A DNA stretch of 32,000 bases from Dickeya solani IPO 2222 (GCF_001644705.1 NZ_CP015137.1:3330001-3362000); one strand, 5' to 3'; positions 1-9,483 are shown, counted from the stretch's first letter. The notes: a model not told the origin generated them from the letters alone. Numbers and translations: made by a program.

Positions 1-1
1 T

Positions 2-328
2 TTCATTTCCGACGCAGTGGCAGCAACCGCAGGTGCTCCGGCTCAGGGAAGCCCGTACTCTCTGGTGATTATGCTGGCCGTGTTCGGTCTGATTTTTTAC
101 TTCATGATCCTGCGCCCTCAGCAAAAACGTGCCAAGGAACACAAAAAGTTGATGGATTCGATCAGCAAAGGCGACGAAGTGCTGACCAACGGCGGCCTGG
201 TGGGTCGTGTGACCAAAGTGGCTGATAATGGATTTATCACCATCGCCCTGAACGATACCAACGAAGTCGTGATCAAGCGTGACTACGTGACGTCCGTACT
301 GCCGAAGGGTACCATGAAGGCCCTGTAA
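2..328 (+). CDS. yajC: Sec translocon accessory subunit YajC; 5' end cut by window edge (about 3 codons missing)
   Basis: Frame 2 from base 2 reads [25 protein letters not shown]...LPKGTMKAL*, which closely matches my memory of E. coli YajC ([20 protein letters not shown]...). The GTG at 17 used by the ORF track is therefore internal. It is followed by secD-secF as in E. coli. Confidence 0.95.
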   Translation, partial: FISDAVAATAGAPAQGSPYSLVIMLAVFGLIFYFMILRPQQKRAKEHKKLMDSISKGDEVLTNGGLVGRVTKVADNGFITIALNDTNEVVIKRDYVTSVLPKGTMKAL

Positions 329-356
329 TTTTTCGACTTTCCCGAAGGGAACTACC

Positions 357-2204
357 GTGTTAAACCGCTATCCTCTGTGGAAGTACCTGATGCTGATCGT
401 GACGATCGTCGTTGGTCTGCTCTACGCACTTCCTAACCTGTATGGTGAGGATCCGGCAATTCAGGTCACTGGCGCGCGAGGAACCGCCGCCAGTGAATCT
501 ACGCTGGTCCAGATCCAGAATGTTTTGAAAGAACAAAATGTCGCCAGCAAGTCTATTGCGCTGGAAAACGGTGCCATTCTCGCGCGCTTCTCCACGCCAG
601 ACGTGCAGCTTCGCGCTCGTGAAGTTCTGCTGAACGCGCTGGGCGAGAAATATGTGGTTGCGCTCAACCTGGCGCCCGCTACCCCGACCTGGCTGAGAAT
701 GCTGGGGGCGGAACCGATGAAACTAGGTCTTGACCTGCGTGGTGGCGTGCACTTCCTGATGGAAGTGGATATGGACACCGCGTTAAGCAAGCTGCAGGAG
801 CAGACGATGGATTCCCTGCGCAGCGATCTGCGCGAGAAAGGCATCCAGTATGCTTCTGTTCGCAAGTCAGACAATTATGGCGTGGACATTCTGTTCCGCG
901 ACGGCCAACTGCGTGACGACGCGGTCAATTATCTGGCCCCCCGCCATCGCGACCTGGTGATCAACACCAGCGGCAGCGATACGCTGCGTGCGGTTATGAG
1001 TGATGCCCGTCTGGGCGAAGCCCGCGAATATGCGGTGCAGCAGAACATCAACATTCTGCGCAACCGTGTCAACCAGCTCGGCGTGGCCGAACCGCTGGTG
1101 CAGCGTCAGGGCGCTGACCGCATTGTGGTGGAACTGCCGGGGATTCAGGACACCGCGCGCGCCAAAGAAATTCTGGGTGCGACCGCCACGCTGGAGTTCC
1201 GTCTGGTCAACAGCAATGTCGATCCTGCCGCGCTGACCAGCGGCCGCGTGCCGGGCGACACCGAAGTGATGAATATGCGTGATGGCGGGCCGGTGGCGCT
1301 GTACAAGCGCGTGATTCTGACCGGTGACCACATTACCGACTCCACCTCCGGCAACGATGAATATAACCGTCCGCAGGTAAATATCTCGCTGGACAGCGCC
1401 GGCGGCAACATGATGTCCAACTTCACTAAGGACAACATCGGCAAACCGATGGCGACCCTGTTCGTGGAGTATAAGGACAGCGGTAAGAAAGATGCCAACG
1501 GCCGCGCGATTCTGGAAAAACAGGAAGAGGTGATTAACGTCGCCACCATCCAGTCCCGTTTGGGCAACAGCTTCCGTATTACCGGTATCAACAACCCGAA
1601 CGAAGCCCGTCAGCTGTCGCTGCTGTTGCGCGCCGGCGCGCTGATTGCGCCGATTCAGATTGTGGAAGAGCGCACCATCGGTCCAACCCTCGGTATGCAG
1701 AACATTACCCAGGGGCTGGAAGCCTGCCTGGCTGGCCTGGCTGTGTCTATCATGTTCATGATCTTCTTCTACAAGAAGTTCGGCATGATTGCGACGTCCG
1801 CGCTGTTGTCGAACCTGGTGCTGGTGGTCGGCATTATGTCGCTGTTGCCGGGGGCTACGCTGACCATGCCGGGGATTGCGGGTATTGTGTTAACCCTTGC
1901 TGTCGCGGTGGACGCCAACGTACTGATTAACGAGCGTATCAAAGAAGAACTGAGCAACGGACGCACCGTTCAGCAGGCGATTGACGAAGGTTACAGGGGC
2001 GCATTCAGCTCCATCTTCGATGCGAACGTCACGACGCTGATTAAGGTCATTATCCTGTATGCGATCGGTACCGGCTCGATTAAAGGATTTGCGATTACGA
2101 CCGGTATCGGCGTGGCGACGTCCATGTTTACTGCGATCGTTGGTACCCGTGCCATCGTAAACCTGCTGTACGGCGGCAAACGCATCAAAAAGCTGTCTAT
2201 CTGA
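357..2204 (+). CDS. secD: Protein translocase subunit SecD (615 aa)
   Basis: Full-length match to remembered E. coli SecD ([10 protein letters not shown]...GGKRxKKLSI), with the same length. GTG start preceded by GAAGGGA. Lies between yajC and secF. Confidence 0.97.
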   Translation: MLNRYPLWKYLMLIVTIVVGLLYALPNLYGEDPAIQVTGARGTAASESTLVQIQNVLKEQNVASKSIALENGAILARFSTPDVQLRAREVLLNALGEKYVVALNLAPATPTWLRMLGAEPMKLGLDLRGGVHFLMEVDMDTALSKLQEQTMDSLRSDLREKGIQYASVRKSDNYGVDILFRDGQLRDDAVNYLAPRHRDLVINTSGSDTLRAVMSDARLGEAREYAVQQNINILRNRVNQLGVAEPLVQRQGADRIVVELPGIQDTARAKEILGATATLEFRLVNSNVDPAALTSGRVPGDTEVMNMRDGGPVALYKRVILTGDHITDSTSGNDEYNRPQVNISLDSAGGNMMSNFTKDNIGKPMATLFVEYKDSGKKDANGRAILEKQEEVINVATIQSRLGNSFRITGINNPNEARQLSLLLRAGALIAPIQIVEERTIGPTLGMQNITQGLEACLAGLAVSIMFMIFFYKKFGMIATSALLSNLVLVVGIMSLLPGATLTMPGIAGIVLTLAVAVDANVLINERIKEELSNGRTVQQAIDEGYRGAFSSIFDANVTTLIKVIILYAIGTGSIKGFAITTGIGVATSMFTAIVGTRAIVNLLYGGKRIKKLSI

Positions 2205-2214
2205 GGAGTGCGTT

Positions 2215-3186
2215 GTGGCACAGGAATATACTGTTGAGCAATTGAACTACGGCCGTAAAGTTTATGACTTTATGCGCTGGGACTACTGGGCCTTCGGCTT
2301 GTCCGGTCTGCTGCTGCTGCTGTCTATCGTCGTGATGGGCGTGCGCGGCTTCAACTGGGGGCTGGATTTCACCGGCGGCACGGTTATCGAAATTTCGCTG
2401 GAAAAATCCGTGGATCTGGAGCAGATGCGCGGCGCGCTGGAGAAAGCCGGCTTTGCCGATCCGTTGGTGCAGAACTTCGGCAGCAGCCGTGACATTATGG
2501 TGCGTATGCCGCCTGCTCACGGTGAAACCGGCGGTCAGGTGTTGGGCAGCAAGGTTGTCAGCGTGATCAACGAAGCAACCAGCCAGAATGCGGCGGTTAA
2601 ACGTATCGAGTTCGTCGGGCCGAGCGTGGGCGCGGATCTGGCGCAGACTGGCGCCATGGCGTTGCTGGCGGCGTTAATCTGTATTTTGGTTTACGTCGGC
2701 TTTCGTTTCGAATGGCGTCTGGCCGCGGGGGTGGTTATCGCGCTGGCGCACGACGTTATCATCACTATGGGCGTGCTGTCGCTGTTCTCTATTGAAATCG
2801 ACCTGACCATTGTGGCGTCGCTGATGTCGGTCATCGGCTACTCGCTGAACGACAGCATCGTGGTTTCTGACCGTATCCGTGAAAACTTCCGCAAGATTCG
2901 CCGCGGCACGCCTTACGAGATTTTCAACGTGTCGTTGACCCAAACGCTGCACCGGACCTTGATCACGTCGGGGACGACGCTGGTGGTGATCCTGATGCTG
3001 TATCTGTTCGGCGGCGCGATGCTGCAGGGGTTCTCGCTGACGATGCTGATCGGTATCACCATCGGTACGGTATCCTCTATCTATGTGGCATCCGCTCTGG
3101 CGCTCAAGCTGGGTATGAAGCGCGAGCATATGCTGGTGCAGAAAGTGGAAAAAGAAGGTGCGGACCAGCCGTCGTTGCTGCCGTAA
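2215..3186 (+). CDS. secF: Protein translocase subunit SecF (323 aa)
   Basis: [28 protein letters not shown]...[11 protein letters not shown] matches remembered E. coli SecF. GTG start preceded by GAGGAG, 10 nt after the secD stop. Confidence 0.97.
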   Translation: MAQEYTVEQLNYGRKVYDFMRWDYWAFGLSGLLLLLSIVVMGVRGFNWGLDFTGGTVIEISLEKSVDLEQMRGALEKAGFADPLVQNFGSSRDIMVRMPPAHGETGGQVLGSKVVSVINEATSQNAAVKRIEFVGPSVGADLAQTGAMALLAALICILVYVGFRFEWRLAAGVVIALAHDVIITMGVLSLFSIEIDLTIVASLMSVIGYSLNDSIVVSDRIRENFRKIRRGTPYEIFNVSLTQTLHRTLITSGTTLVVILMLYLFGGAMLQGFSLTMLIGITIGTVSSIYVASALALKLGMKREHMLVQKVEKEGADQPSLLP

Positions 3187-3215
3187 CCGCTTTTTCACCG
3201 TCCGAAATTGCCAAT

Positions 3216-3245
3216 AAAAACCCCGCCAGATGGCGGGGTTTTTTT
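3216..3245. terminator. Bidirectional intrinsic terminator between the convergent secF and lipoprotein genes
   Basis: AAAAA-CCCCGCC-agat-GGCGGGG-TTTTTTT: a 7-bp GC stem flanked by an A-run and a T-run. Confidence 0.85.
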
Positions 3246-3266
3246 ATGCTTGAGGCTGTGGGCGAT

Positions 3267-3836
3267 TCAGGGCTGTCCCTGACCCGGTTCGCTGCGGCGC
3301 AGCGTCGGGTCCGCCGCAACATCATGCACACGCACGAAACCGAGCTGCTCCGGCGTCAGGCCGGAAAGCCGTACCTCTACCGTGATTTCCGAGACCGGTG
3401 TCAGCGTTGGCGGGATAGTCAGTAATTGAGTCTGCGTGTCGCCGGCCAACGGTTTGCCGCTGACCGGATCAAGCGCTCCCCAGTCGAGTTGCGTCTGGAA
3501 GGCCGGCAATGTCAGCGTGTTCATGGTGCGGATAGTAAGCAAGGCGCGCGTGCCGTTGGCTTCCGGTTCCACCTTGCTGAGTTCCAGACTTAACTTACCG
3601 ATGCTACTGTCGAGCAATGCCCGATTGTGGGCGGCAGGCAACAGATAAACGCCGGAGGTGGAGTTGGCGTTTAACGTATTCTGCTGTTCCAGCGCCACGG
3701 CGCGGTTGGTGAGGTCGCGTAGTTTCTGGTTAATCTGACCTAGTTCGTTTTGTACGCGGGCGGTTTGTGGTTGCGCACACCCGGTGAGCAGCACCATGAC
3801 GGATAATATCGGGATAACGCGGCGGTGAAAAATCAT
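3267..3836 (-). CDS. Lipoprotein of unknown function (189 aa), possibly the YajI/DUF3251-type lipoprotein by position
   Basis: ORF 3267..3869, with the start moved to the ATG at 3836, which follows GGGAGAAACAGGAT. The N-terminus MIFHRRVIPILSVMVLLTGC has a lipobox (LLTGC). The position, on the minus strand after secF and before nrdR, corresponds to yajI in E. coli. I cannot confirm sequence-level identity to YajI from memory. Confidence 0.75.
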   Translation of the reverse strand: MIFHRRVIPILSVMVLLTGCAQPQTARVQNELGQINQKLRDLTNRAVALEQQNTLNANSTSGVYLLPAAHNRALLDSSIGKLSLELSKVEPEANGTRALLTIRTMNTLTLPAFQTQLDWGALDPVSGKPLAGDTQTQLLTIPPTLTPVSEITVEVRLSGLTPEQLGFVRVHDVAADPTLRRSEPGQGQP

Positions 3837-3894
3837 ATCCTGTTTCTCCCTGAGCCCGTTACGGGTCATTTAATTATTCGATTTAGTGTCAGTG

Positions 3895-3960
3895 TATACC
3901 CTAAATAATTCGAGTTGCAGGAAAGCCAATGCCCCTGATACTTGAAGTGTGACGGGTATA
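3895..3960. repeat. Short ERIC/IRU-like intergenic repeat (internally deleted form)
   Basis: TATACCCTAAATAATTCGAGTTGCAGGAAAGCCAATGCCCCTGATACTTGAAGTGTGACGGGTATA. Its ends (TATACCC...AATTCGAGTTGCAGGAA and CTTGAAGT-TGACGGGTATA) match the termini of the enterobacterial ERIC consensus as I remember it. The central GTGAATCCCCAGGAGCTTAC...GTGACTGGGGTGAGCG core is missing. The ends form an imperfect inverted repeat. Confidence 0.6.
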
Positions 3961-4079
3961 GACGTGATGTGTTGTCCCTTATAGTGAATGACGTTTTGGG
4001 AAAAAAGGTAAGCAGAACAGGCTGAATCAGGAGAGGAGAATCAGGGCGCAGCGGTAATCAGCCGCCACGCCGGTTGCCG

Positions 4080-6791
4080 TTATTGCCAGCCGTAGCGGCG
4101 GGCGAAGAAGCCTTTCATGGCCTGGGTGAGCAGCAGATAACCGCTCAGGATCGCCAGCAGCCACGGGAAGTAGCTTAATGGCAACGCCTGCAACTGCAGG
4201 AAGCCGGCCAGCGGCGAGAACACCAGCCCGATGCCGGTCGCCATGATTAACAACGTCATCACCATCACCGGCCAGGACGGGCGGCTTTGGATGAACGGGA
4301 TGCGGCGGGTGCGGATCATGTGCACAATCAGCGTTTGCGACAACAGCCCTTCAATAAACCAGCCGGACTGGAACAGCGTTTGCGCTTCCAGTGTGTTGGC
4401 GTGGAAAAACCACCACATCAGCGCGAAGGTCATAACGTCGAAAATAGAGCTGATCGGGCCGAAGAACACCATAAACCGCCCGAGATCGCCGGCATTCCAG
4501 CGCTGTGGTTTTTTGACCTGATCGTCGTCTACGTTGTCGAACGGGATGGCGATCTGCGAAATATCGTACATCAGGTTCTGGATCAACAGATGCAGCGGCA
4601 GCATTGGCAGAAACGGCAAGAAAGCGCTGGCGATCAGCACGCTGAAGACGTTACCGAAGTTGGAACTGGCGGTCATCTTGATGTATTTCAGCATGTTGAC
4701 GAAGGTACGGCGACCTTCGATGACGCCTTCTTCCAGCACCATCAGACTTTTTTCCAGCAGGATGATATCCGCTGCTTCGCGGGCGATATCCACCGCCGAA
4801 TCCACCGAAATACCGATATCCGCCGCCCGCAACGCCGGCGCGTCATTGATGCCGTCGCCCATGAAACCGACCACATGGCCTTCCGAACGCAGCAGGCGCA
4901 CAATCCGTTCTTTGTGCAGCGGCGTCAGGCGGGCAAACAGCGTGGTGTCGCGGGCAGCATGCGCCAGTTGTTCATCGCTCAGGGCGTCGATGTCGCGGCC
5001 GGTCAGGACGCCGGTCAGTTCAATATCGACTTCACGGCATACCTTGGCGGCCACCAGTTCGCTGTCGCCGGTGAGAATTTTCACCGTCACGCCGTTGTCT
5101 TTCAGCGCTTTTAGCGCGGGCGCGGTGCTCTCTTTCGGCGGATCGAGAAAGGCGATATAACCTTCCAGAATCAGGTCGGATTCATCCACCCGGCCATAAT
5201 CCTGACGATCGGCGGGCACCACTTTGCTGGCCACCGCCACCACGCGCAGTCCCTGACGGTTAAGGTCATCCGTCAGCAGACGGATGCGCGACAGCAGGGG
5301 CGCGTCCAGCGACAACAGTTGCTCGCCGTGACGCACCCGGGCGCAGGCGCCAAGGGTTTCTTCCAGCGCGCCTTTACAGATCAGCCAGTGCTCGTCATCG
5401 TTTTCCGCTACCACCACCGACATGCGGCGGCGTTCAAAATCAAACGGGATTTCGTCCACTTTGCGCCAGCGGGACAAGGCGGCCTGTTGTTCCTGCGGCG
5501 GGATTCCTTCCAGCACCGCTTGATCCAGCAAATTGCGCAACCCGGTCTGGTAAGCGCTGTTCAGCCAGGCGTGACGCAGCACCCGCTGGCTGGCGTTGCC
5601 AAACGCATCGGTGTGGCATTCCAGTACGATTTTATCCTGCGTCAGCGTGCCGGTCTTGTCGGTGCACAGGATATCCATAGCGCCGAAGTTCTGGATGGCA
5701 TCCAACCGTTTGACGATCACTTTCTGACGCGACAGCTTCACCGCGCCTTTAGCCAGCGTCGAGGTGACGATCATCGGCAGCATTTCAGGCGTCAGACCAA
5801 CGGCGACCGACAGGGCGAACAGCGCGGCTTCCCACCAGTCGCCTTTGGTGTAGCCATTGATAAGCAACACTATCGGCGTCATCACCAGCATGAAACGGAT
5901 CAGCAGCCAGCTAACGCGGCTGATGCCTTGCTGGAAGGCGTTGGCTTCGCCGGGCTGTTGCACCACGCGGCCGGCCAGTTGGCCGAACCAGGTGTTACCG
6001 CCGGTGGCAATCACCATCGCCAGCGCGGTGCCGCTGACCACGTTGGTGCCCATAAAGCAGAGCGTGTCGCATTCCAGCGCCGCCGCTTGCTCGCTCTGGC
6101 GGCTGTTCGCCACTTTTTCCACCGGCAGCGATTCGCCGGTCAGCGATGCCTGGCTGATGAACAGATCGCGGGCCTGCAGGATACGCAGGTCGGCCGGGAT
6201 CATGTCGCCCGCCGCCAGTTTGACGATATCGCCCGACACCAGCTGATCCAGCGGGATATCCTGATAGTCGCTGTAGCCGGTTTGGGCATCGCTGCGCAGC
6301 ACGGTCACCTTGTTGCTGACCATCGCTTTTAGTGCATCGGCGGCTTTGCCGGAACGCGCCTCCTGAATGAAATTAAGCAGGGTGGAAATCAGCACCATTA
6401 GGGCAATGACCAGCGCGGCAGTCAGGTCCTCCGTGGCGTAAGAAATCAGGCCCAGCAACGTCAGCAGCAGGTTGAACGGGTTGCGATAGCAGCGCCATAA
6501 GTGTCGCCACCAAGGGGCCGCTTGCTCGCCGGGAATACGGTTATCGCCGTGGCGCGCCCGCGCTTGCTCGGTCTCAGCCGGCAGCAATCCTTCCGGATGG
6601 CTGTTGAATTCCTGATACAGAGCGGCTTCGTCAAGGCGTGCCAACCGCAGACAGCGTGCCGCCATGGCGTCGCTCATGGCCTGGCTGACGTTCAGTTTGC
6701 CGTCCGGCATGAGGTCGCGCTGGAACAGGCGGCGCGGTAAATGATGGCCGAGCTGTGAGAGCCATTGCCGTGTGAGTCGAATAAAACGCAT
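4080..6791 (-). CDS. mgtA: Magnesium-importing P-type ATPase MgtA (903 aa)
   Basis: Contains P-type ATPase hallmarks: DKTGTLT (CTDKTGTLTQ), TGES (SLTGESLP) and GDGINDAP. The N-terminus MRFIRLTRQWLSQLGHHLPRRLFQRD...PWWRHLWRCYRNPFNLLLTLLGLISYATEDL is colinear with remembered E. coli MgtA (MFKEIFTRLIRHLPSRLVHRD...). Start set at the ATG at 6791, which follows GGGAGATATTTAT. The ORF-track start at 6926 would add 45 non-homologous residues that run through leader hairpins. Confidence 0.93.
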   Translation of the reverse strand: MRFIRLTRQWLSQLGHHLPRRLFQRDLMPDGKLNVSQAMSDAMAARCLRLARLDEAALYQEFNSHPEGLLPAETEQARARHGDNRIPGEQAAPWWRHLWRCYRNPFNLLLTLLGLISYATEDLTAALVIALMVLISTLLNFIQEARSGKAADALKAMVSNKVTVLRSDAQTGYSDYQDIPLDQLVSGDIVKLAAGDMIPADLRILQARDLFISQASLTGESLPVEKVANSRQSEQAAALECDTLCFMGTNVVSGTALAMVIATGGNTWFGQLAGRVVQQPGEANAFQQGISRVSWLLIRFMLVMTPIVLLINGYTKGDWWEAALFALSVAVGLTPEMLPMIVTSTLAKGAVKLSRQKVIVKRLDAIQNFGAMDILCTDKTGTLTQDKIVLECHTDAFGNASQRVLRHAWLNSAYQTGLRNLLDQAVLEGIPPQEQQAALSRWRKVDEIPFDFERRRMSVVVAENDDEHWLICKGALEETLGACARVRHGEQLLSLDAPLLSRIRLLTDDLNRQGLRVVAVASKVVPADRQDYGRVDESDLILEGYIAFLDPPKESTAPALKALKDNGVTVKILTGDSELVAAKVCREVDIELTGVLTGRDIDALSDEQLAHAARDTTLFARLTPLHKERIVRLLRSEGHVVGFMGDGINDAPALRAADIGISVDSAVDIAREAADIILLEKSLMVLEEGVIEGRRTFVNMLKYIKMTASSNFGNVFSVLIASAFLPFLPMLPLHLLIQNLMYDISQIAIPFDNVDDDQVKKPQRWNAGDLGRFMVFFGPISSIFDVMTFALMWWFFHANTLEAQTLFQSGWFIEGLLSQTLIVHMIRTRRIPFIQSRPSWPVMVMTLLIMATGIGLVFSPLAGFLQLQALPLSYFPWLLAILSGYLLLTQAMKGFFARRYGWQ

Positions 6792-7121
6792 ATAAATATC
6801 TCCCTGCCGCAGCCAGAAAAGGGCTGCAGCCTGATAACACGCAGAAGTAATCCACCTGCGCGTGGCTTGTAACGCAATCAGCAGGGACGATAGGGGCGTC
6901 GCTGCCTTGCCTGTGTTGACCGGCAAGGCAGCGTAAAAGCTGACTTACCGGTGAATGACGCTCTCTCCTGGGTGAGGATTAGGGTCAGGTCCCATTGAGG
7001 GGGTCTCCGGTAGTGAAAAAATGCGAAACCGTGGCGGTTTCCGTTTGATTGTCTGGGCACGTTAAACGGCGGTGGATAATTCACCCGTCGTTTACAAACA
7101 GCATGACCAGAATGCGGCGCT
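6792..7121 (-). promoter_or_regulatory. Long structured mgtA 5' leader (enterobacterial Mg2+/proline-sensing attenuator type)
   Basis: More than 300 nt of non-coding sequence lies upstream of mgtA. It contains the mgtL-like sORF (6945..6995), an 11-bp perfect hairpin (6901..6932), a C-rich tract, a 9-bp hairpin abutting the mgtA Shine-Dalgarno sequence (6806..6830), and a hairpin plus T6 (7016..7041). The 5' boundary is inferred from a candidate promoter only. Confidence 0.7.
6945..6995 (-). CDS. mgtL: Proline-rich leader peptide, MgtL-like (16 aa: MGPDPNPHPGESVIHR)
   Basis: The reverse strand reads ATG GGA CCT GAC CCT AAT CCT CAC CCA GGA GAG AGC GTC ATT CAC CGG TAA, with GGAG 9 nt upstream. 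Pro at positions 3, 5, 7 and 9 matches the pattern of remembered E. coli MgtL ([17 protein letters not shown]). It lies about 150 nt upstream of the mgtA start. It is too short to appear in the ORF track. Confidence 0.75.
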   Translation of the reverse strand: MGPDPNPHPGESVIHR

Positions 7122-7156
7122 ACTTTAGCGTAAGTCACTTCAATCAAACCTAAACC
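7122..7156 (-). promoter_or_regulatory. Candidate PhoP box plus -10 hexamer for mgtA
   Basis: The reverse strand reads GGTTTA-ggttt-GATTGA (7156..7140), then a 12-nt spacer, then TAAAGT (7127..7122). The PhoP box consensus is a direct repeat (T/G)GTTTA-N5-(T/G)GTTTA replacing the -35. The first half-site is perfect and the second matches 4 of 6. Confidence 0.4.
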
Positions 7157-7229
7157 GCGGCGAGGTTGGCGGTGAAAAAACAGCGTCATGCCGGGATTTG
7201 GGGTATAAGCGAAATTCGGGGTAAACTAG

Positions 7230-7712
<483 letters not shown>

Positions 7713-7776
7713 CCGCGCGTCGTTTGTTACGTATCGCGCTCTCCCTACATGGTTCTGAATCCAGGATAAGCACCGG

Positions 7777-8889
7777 ATGGCTACATACTCTGATGAATTT
7801 TACATGGCTCGCGCGCTGGAACTTGCTCGCCGCGGGCGCTTCACGACGGCGCCGAATCCGAATGTCGGGTGCGTGATCGTCAGAGATGACGAGATCGTGG
7901 GGGAAGGGTATCACCAGAAAGCGGGTGAACCGCATGCGGAAGTGCATGCGCTGCGCATGGCCGGCGATAAAGCGCGCGGCGCCACGGCGTATGTGACGCT
8001 TGAGCCGTGCAGTCATCACGGCCGTACGCCTCCTTGCGCCGATGCGTTGATCGCGGCCGGCGTGGCGCGGGTCGTGGCGGCGATGCAGGACCCCAATCCG
8101 CAGGTGGCCGGTCGCGGTCTGCACCGTCTGCAACAGGCCGGCATCGAGGTGTTCCATAGCGTGTTGATGGAACAGGCGGAAAAAATTAACCGCGGCTTTC
8201 TGAAACGGATGCGCACCGGCTTCCCTTATGTGCAGCTTAAACTCGGCGCCTCGTTGGATGGCCGTACGGCAATGGCGTCCGGCGAAAGCCAGTGGATCAC
8301 TTCGCCGCAGTCCCGTCAGGATGTACAGCGTTTCCGGGCGCAGAGCTCGGTGATCCTCAGCAGCAGCGCCACCGTGCTGGCGGATGACCCGTCGCTGACC
8401 GTGCGTTGGTCGGAACTGGATGCGGATACCCAGCGGTTTTATCCTGAAAACGCCGTGCGCCAGCCGGTGCGCGTGATTGTTGATAGTCAGTCGCGCGTGA
8501 CTGCGCAGCATCGTCTGGTGAGCCAGCCGGGGCAAACCTGGCTGGCGCGTCCGCGTCAGGATGGTCAGACATGGCCAGACGGTGTGGAGCAGCTGGAGAT
8601 GCCGCTGCACGGCGGCGGCATCGATCTGGTCGCCCTGATGATGACGCTGGGCAAACGCCAGATCAATACGGTGTGGGTGGAAGCGGGCCCCCGTCTGGCC
8701 GGCGCTTTGCTGCAGGCCGGTGTGGTGGATGAATTGATTGTTTATCTCGCGCCCAAATTATTGGGGGACGCGGCCCGGCCGCTGTGCGTGCTGCCGGGAT
8801 TGGAACAGCTGTCGCAGGCGCCCGCGTTTGCGATGACGGACGTCTGTCAGCTGGGGCCGGATCTCCGCCTGACGCTGAAGCCGCAATAA
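7777..8889 (+). CDS. ribD: Bifunctional riboflavin biosynthesis protein RibD (deaminase/reductase, 370 aa)
   Basis: YMARALELARRGRFTTAPNPNVGCVIV...HAEVHAL...LEPCSHHGRTPPC carries the CDA zinc motifs, and the C-terminal part is a reductase domain. Colinear with remembered E. coli RibD. Confidence 0.96.
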   Translation: MATYSDEFYMARALELARRGRFTTAPNPNVGCVIVRDDEIVGEGYHQKAGEPHAEVHALRMAGDKARGATAYVTLEPCSHHGRTPPCADALIAAGVARVVAAMQDPNPQVAGRGLHRLQQAGIEVFHSVLMEQAEKINRGFLKRMRTGFPYVQLKLGASLDGRTAMASGESQWITSPQSRQDVQRFRAQSSVILSSSATVLADDPSLTVRWSELDADTQRFYPENAVRQPVRVIVDSQSRVTAQHRLVSQPGQTWLARPRQDGQTWPDGVEQLEMPLHGGGIDLVALMMTLGKRQINTVWVEAGPRLAGALLQAGVVDELIVYLAPKLLGDAARPLCVLPGLEQLSQAPAFAMTDVCQLGPDLRLTLKPQ

Positions 8890-9009
8890 CACGCCTTTTC
8901 GCGTGTCAGGCGGCGGATATCCGCCACCGGGTCAAAAGCGGATACGCGCCCGGAAGAATATGATAGAATCCGCCCCCCTGCGGGGTCGTAAAACAGTCAA
9001 AGGAAAGCT

Positions 9010-9483
9010 ATGAACATTATTGAAGGTGTTGTTGCCGCTCCGAATGCCCGCGTGGCGATTGCTATTGCCCGTTTCAATCACTTCATCAATGACAGCCTGC
9101 TGGAAGGCGCGCTGGACGCTCTCAAGCGTATCGGTCAGGTGAAAGAAGAAAACGTCACCGTGGTGTGGGTGCCGGGCGCCTATGAATTGCCGCTGACCGC
9201 GCGCGCGCTGGCCAACAGCCAGAAATATGACGCCGTAGTGGCACTGGGTACGGTGATCCGCGGCGGTACCGCCCATTTTGAATTTGTTGCCGGCGAATGC
9301 AGCTCCGGTCTGTCTCACGTCGCGATGAATAGCGACATTCCGGTCGCCTTCGGTGTGCTGACGACGGAAAGTATCGAGCAGGCCATTGAGCGCGCCGGCA
9401 CCAAAGCGGGGAACAAAGGGGCGGAAGCCGCTCTGACCGCGCTTGAAATGATCAATGTATTACACTCAATCAAGTCAGCCTGA
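9010..9483 (+). CDS. ribH: 6,7-dimethyl-8-ribityllumazine synthase (157 aa)
   Basis: [42 protein letters not shown] closely matches remembered E. coli RibE/RibH. AAAGGAAAG Shine-Dalgarno sequence upstream. Confidence 0.96.
   Translation: MNIIEGVVAAPNARVAIAIARFNHFINDSLLEGALDALKRIGQVKEENVTVVWVPGAYELPLTARALANSQKYDAVVALGTVIRGGTAHFEFVAGECSSGLSHVAMNSDIPVAFGVLTTESIEQAIERAGTKAGNKGAEAALTALEMINVLHSIKSA

Noticed and set aside
1820-2986. Chi sites (GCTGGTGG) at 1820..1827 and 2979..2986 on the plus strand, and reverse-strand copies at 12907..12914, 13393..13400 and 16820..16827.
   Set aside because: This is a normal density for an enterobacterial chromosome. The orientations are mixed, and all copies lie within coding sequence. 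Nothing needs explaining.
6792-6926. N-terminal extensions in the ORF track for mgtA (start 6926), xseB (14673), yajL (17063), nusB (9455), yajQ (18037), cyoD (25513), ampG (30945), yajG (31587), the lipoprotein (3869) and the SnoaL-like gene (18937).
   Set aside because: In each case an internal start aligns with residue 1 of the remembered E. coli homologue, or yields a proper signal peptide, and has a better Shine-Dalgarno sequence. The extensions are non-homologous and often run through hairpins or the preceding gene.
6631-7189. ORFs of 61-103 aa in the mgtA leader and 5' region (6878..7189, 6692..6877 and 6631..6855, all minus strand).
   Set aside because: They overlap the structured leader or the start of mgtA in other frames, have no Shine-Dalgarno sequence and have implausible compositions. 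The leader is better explained by mgtL plus RNA structure.
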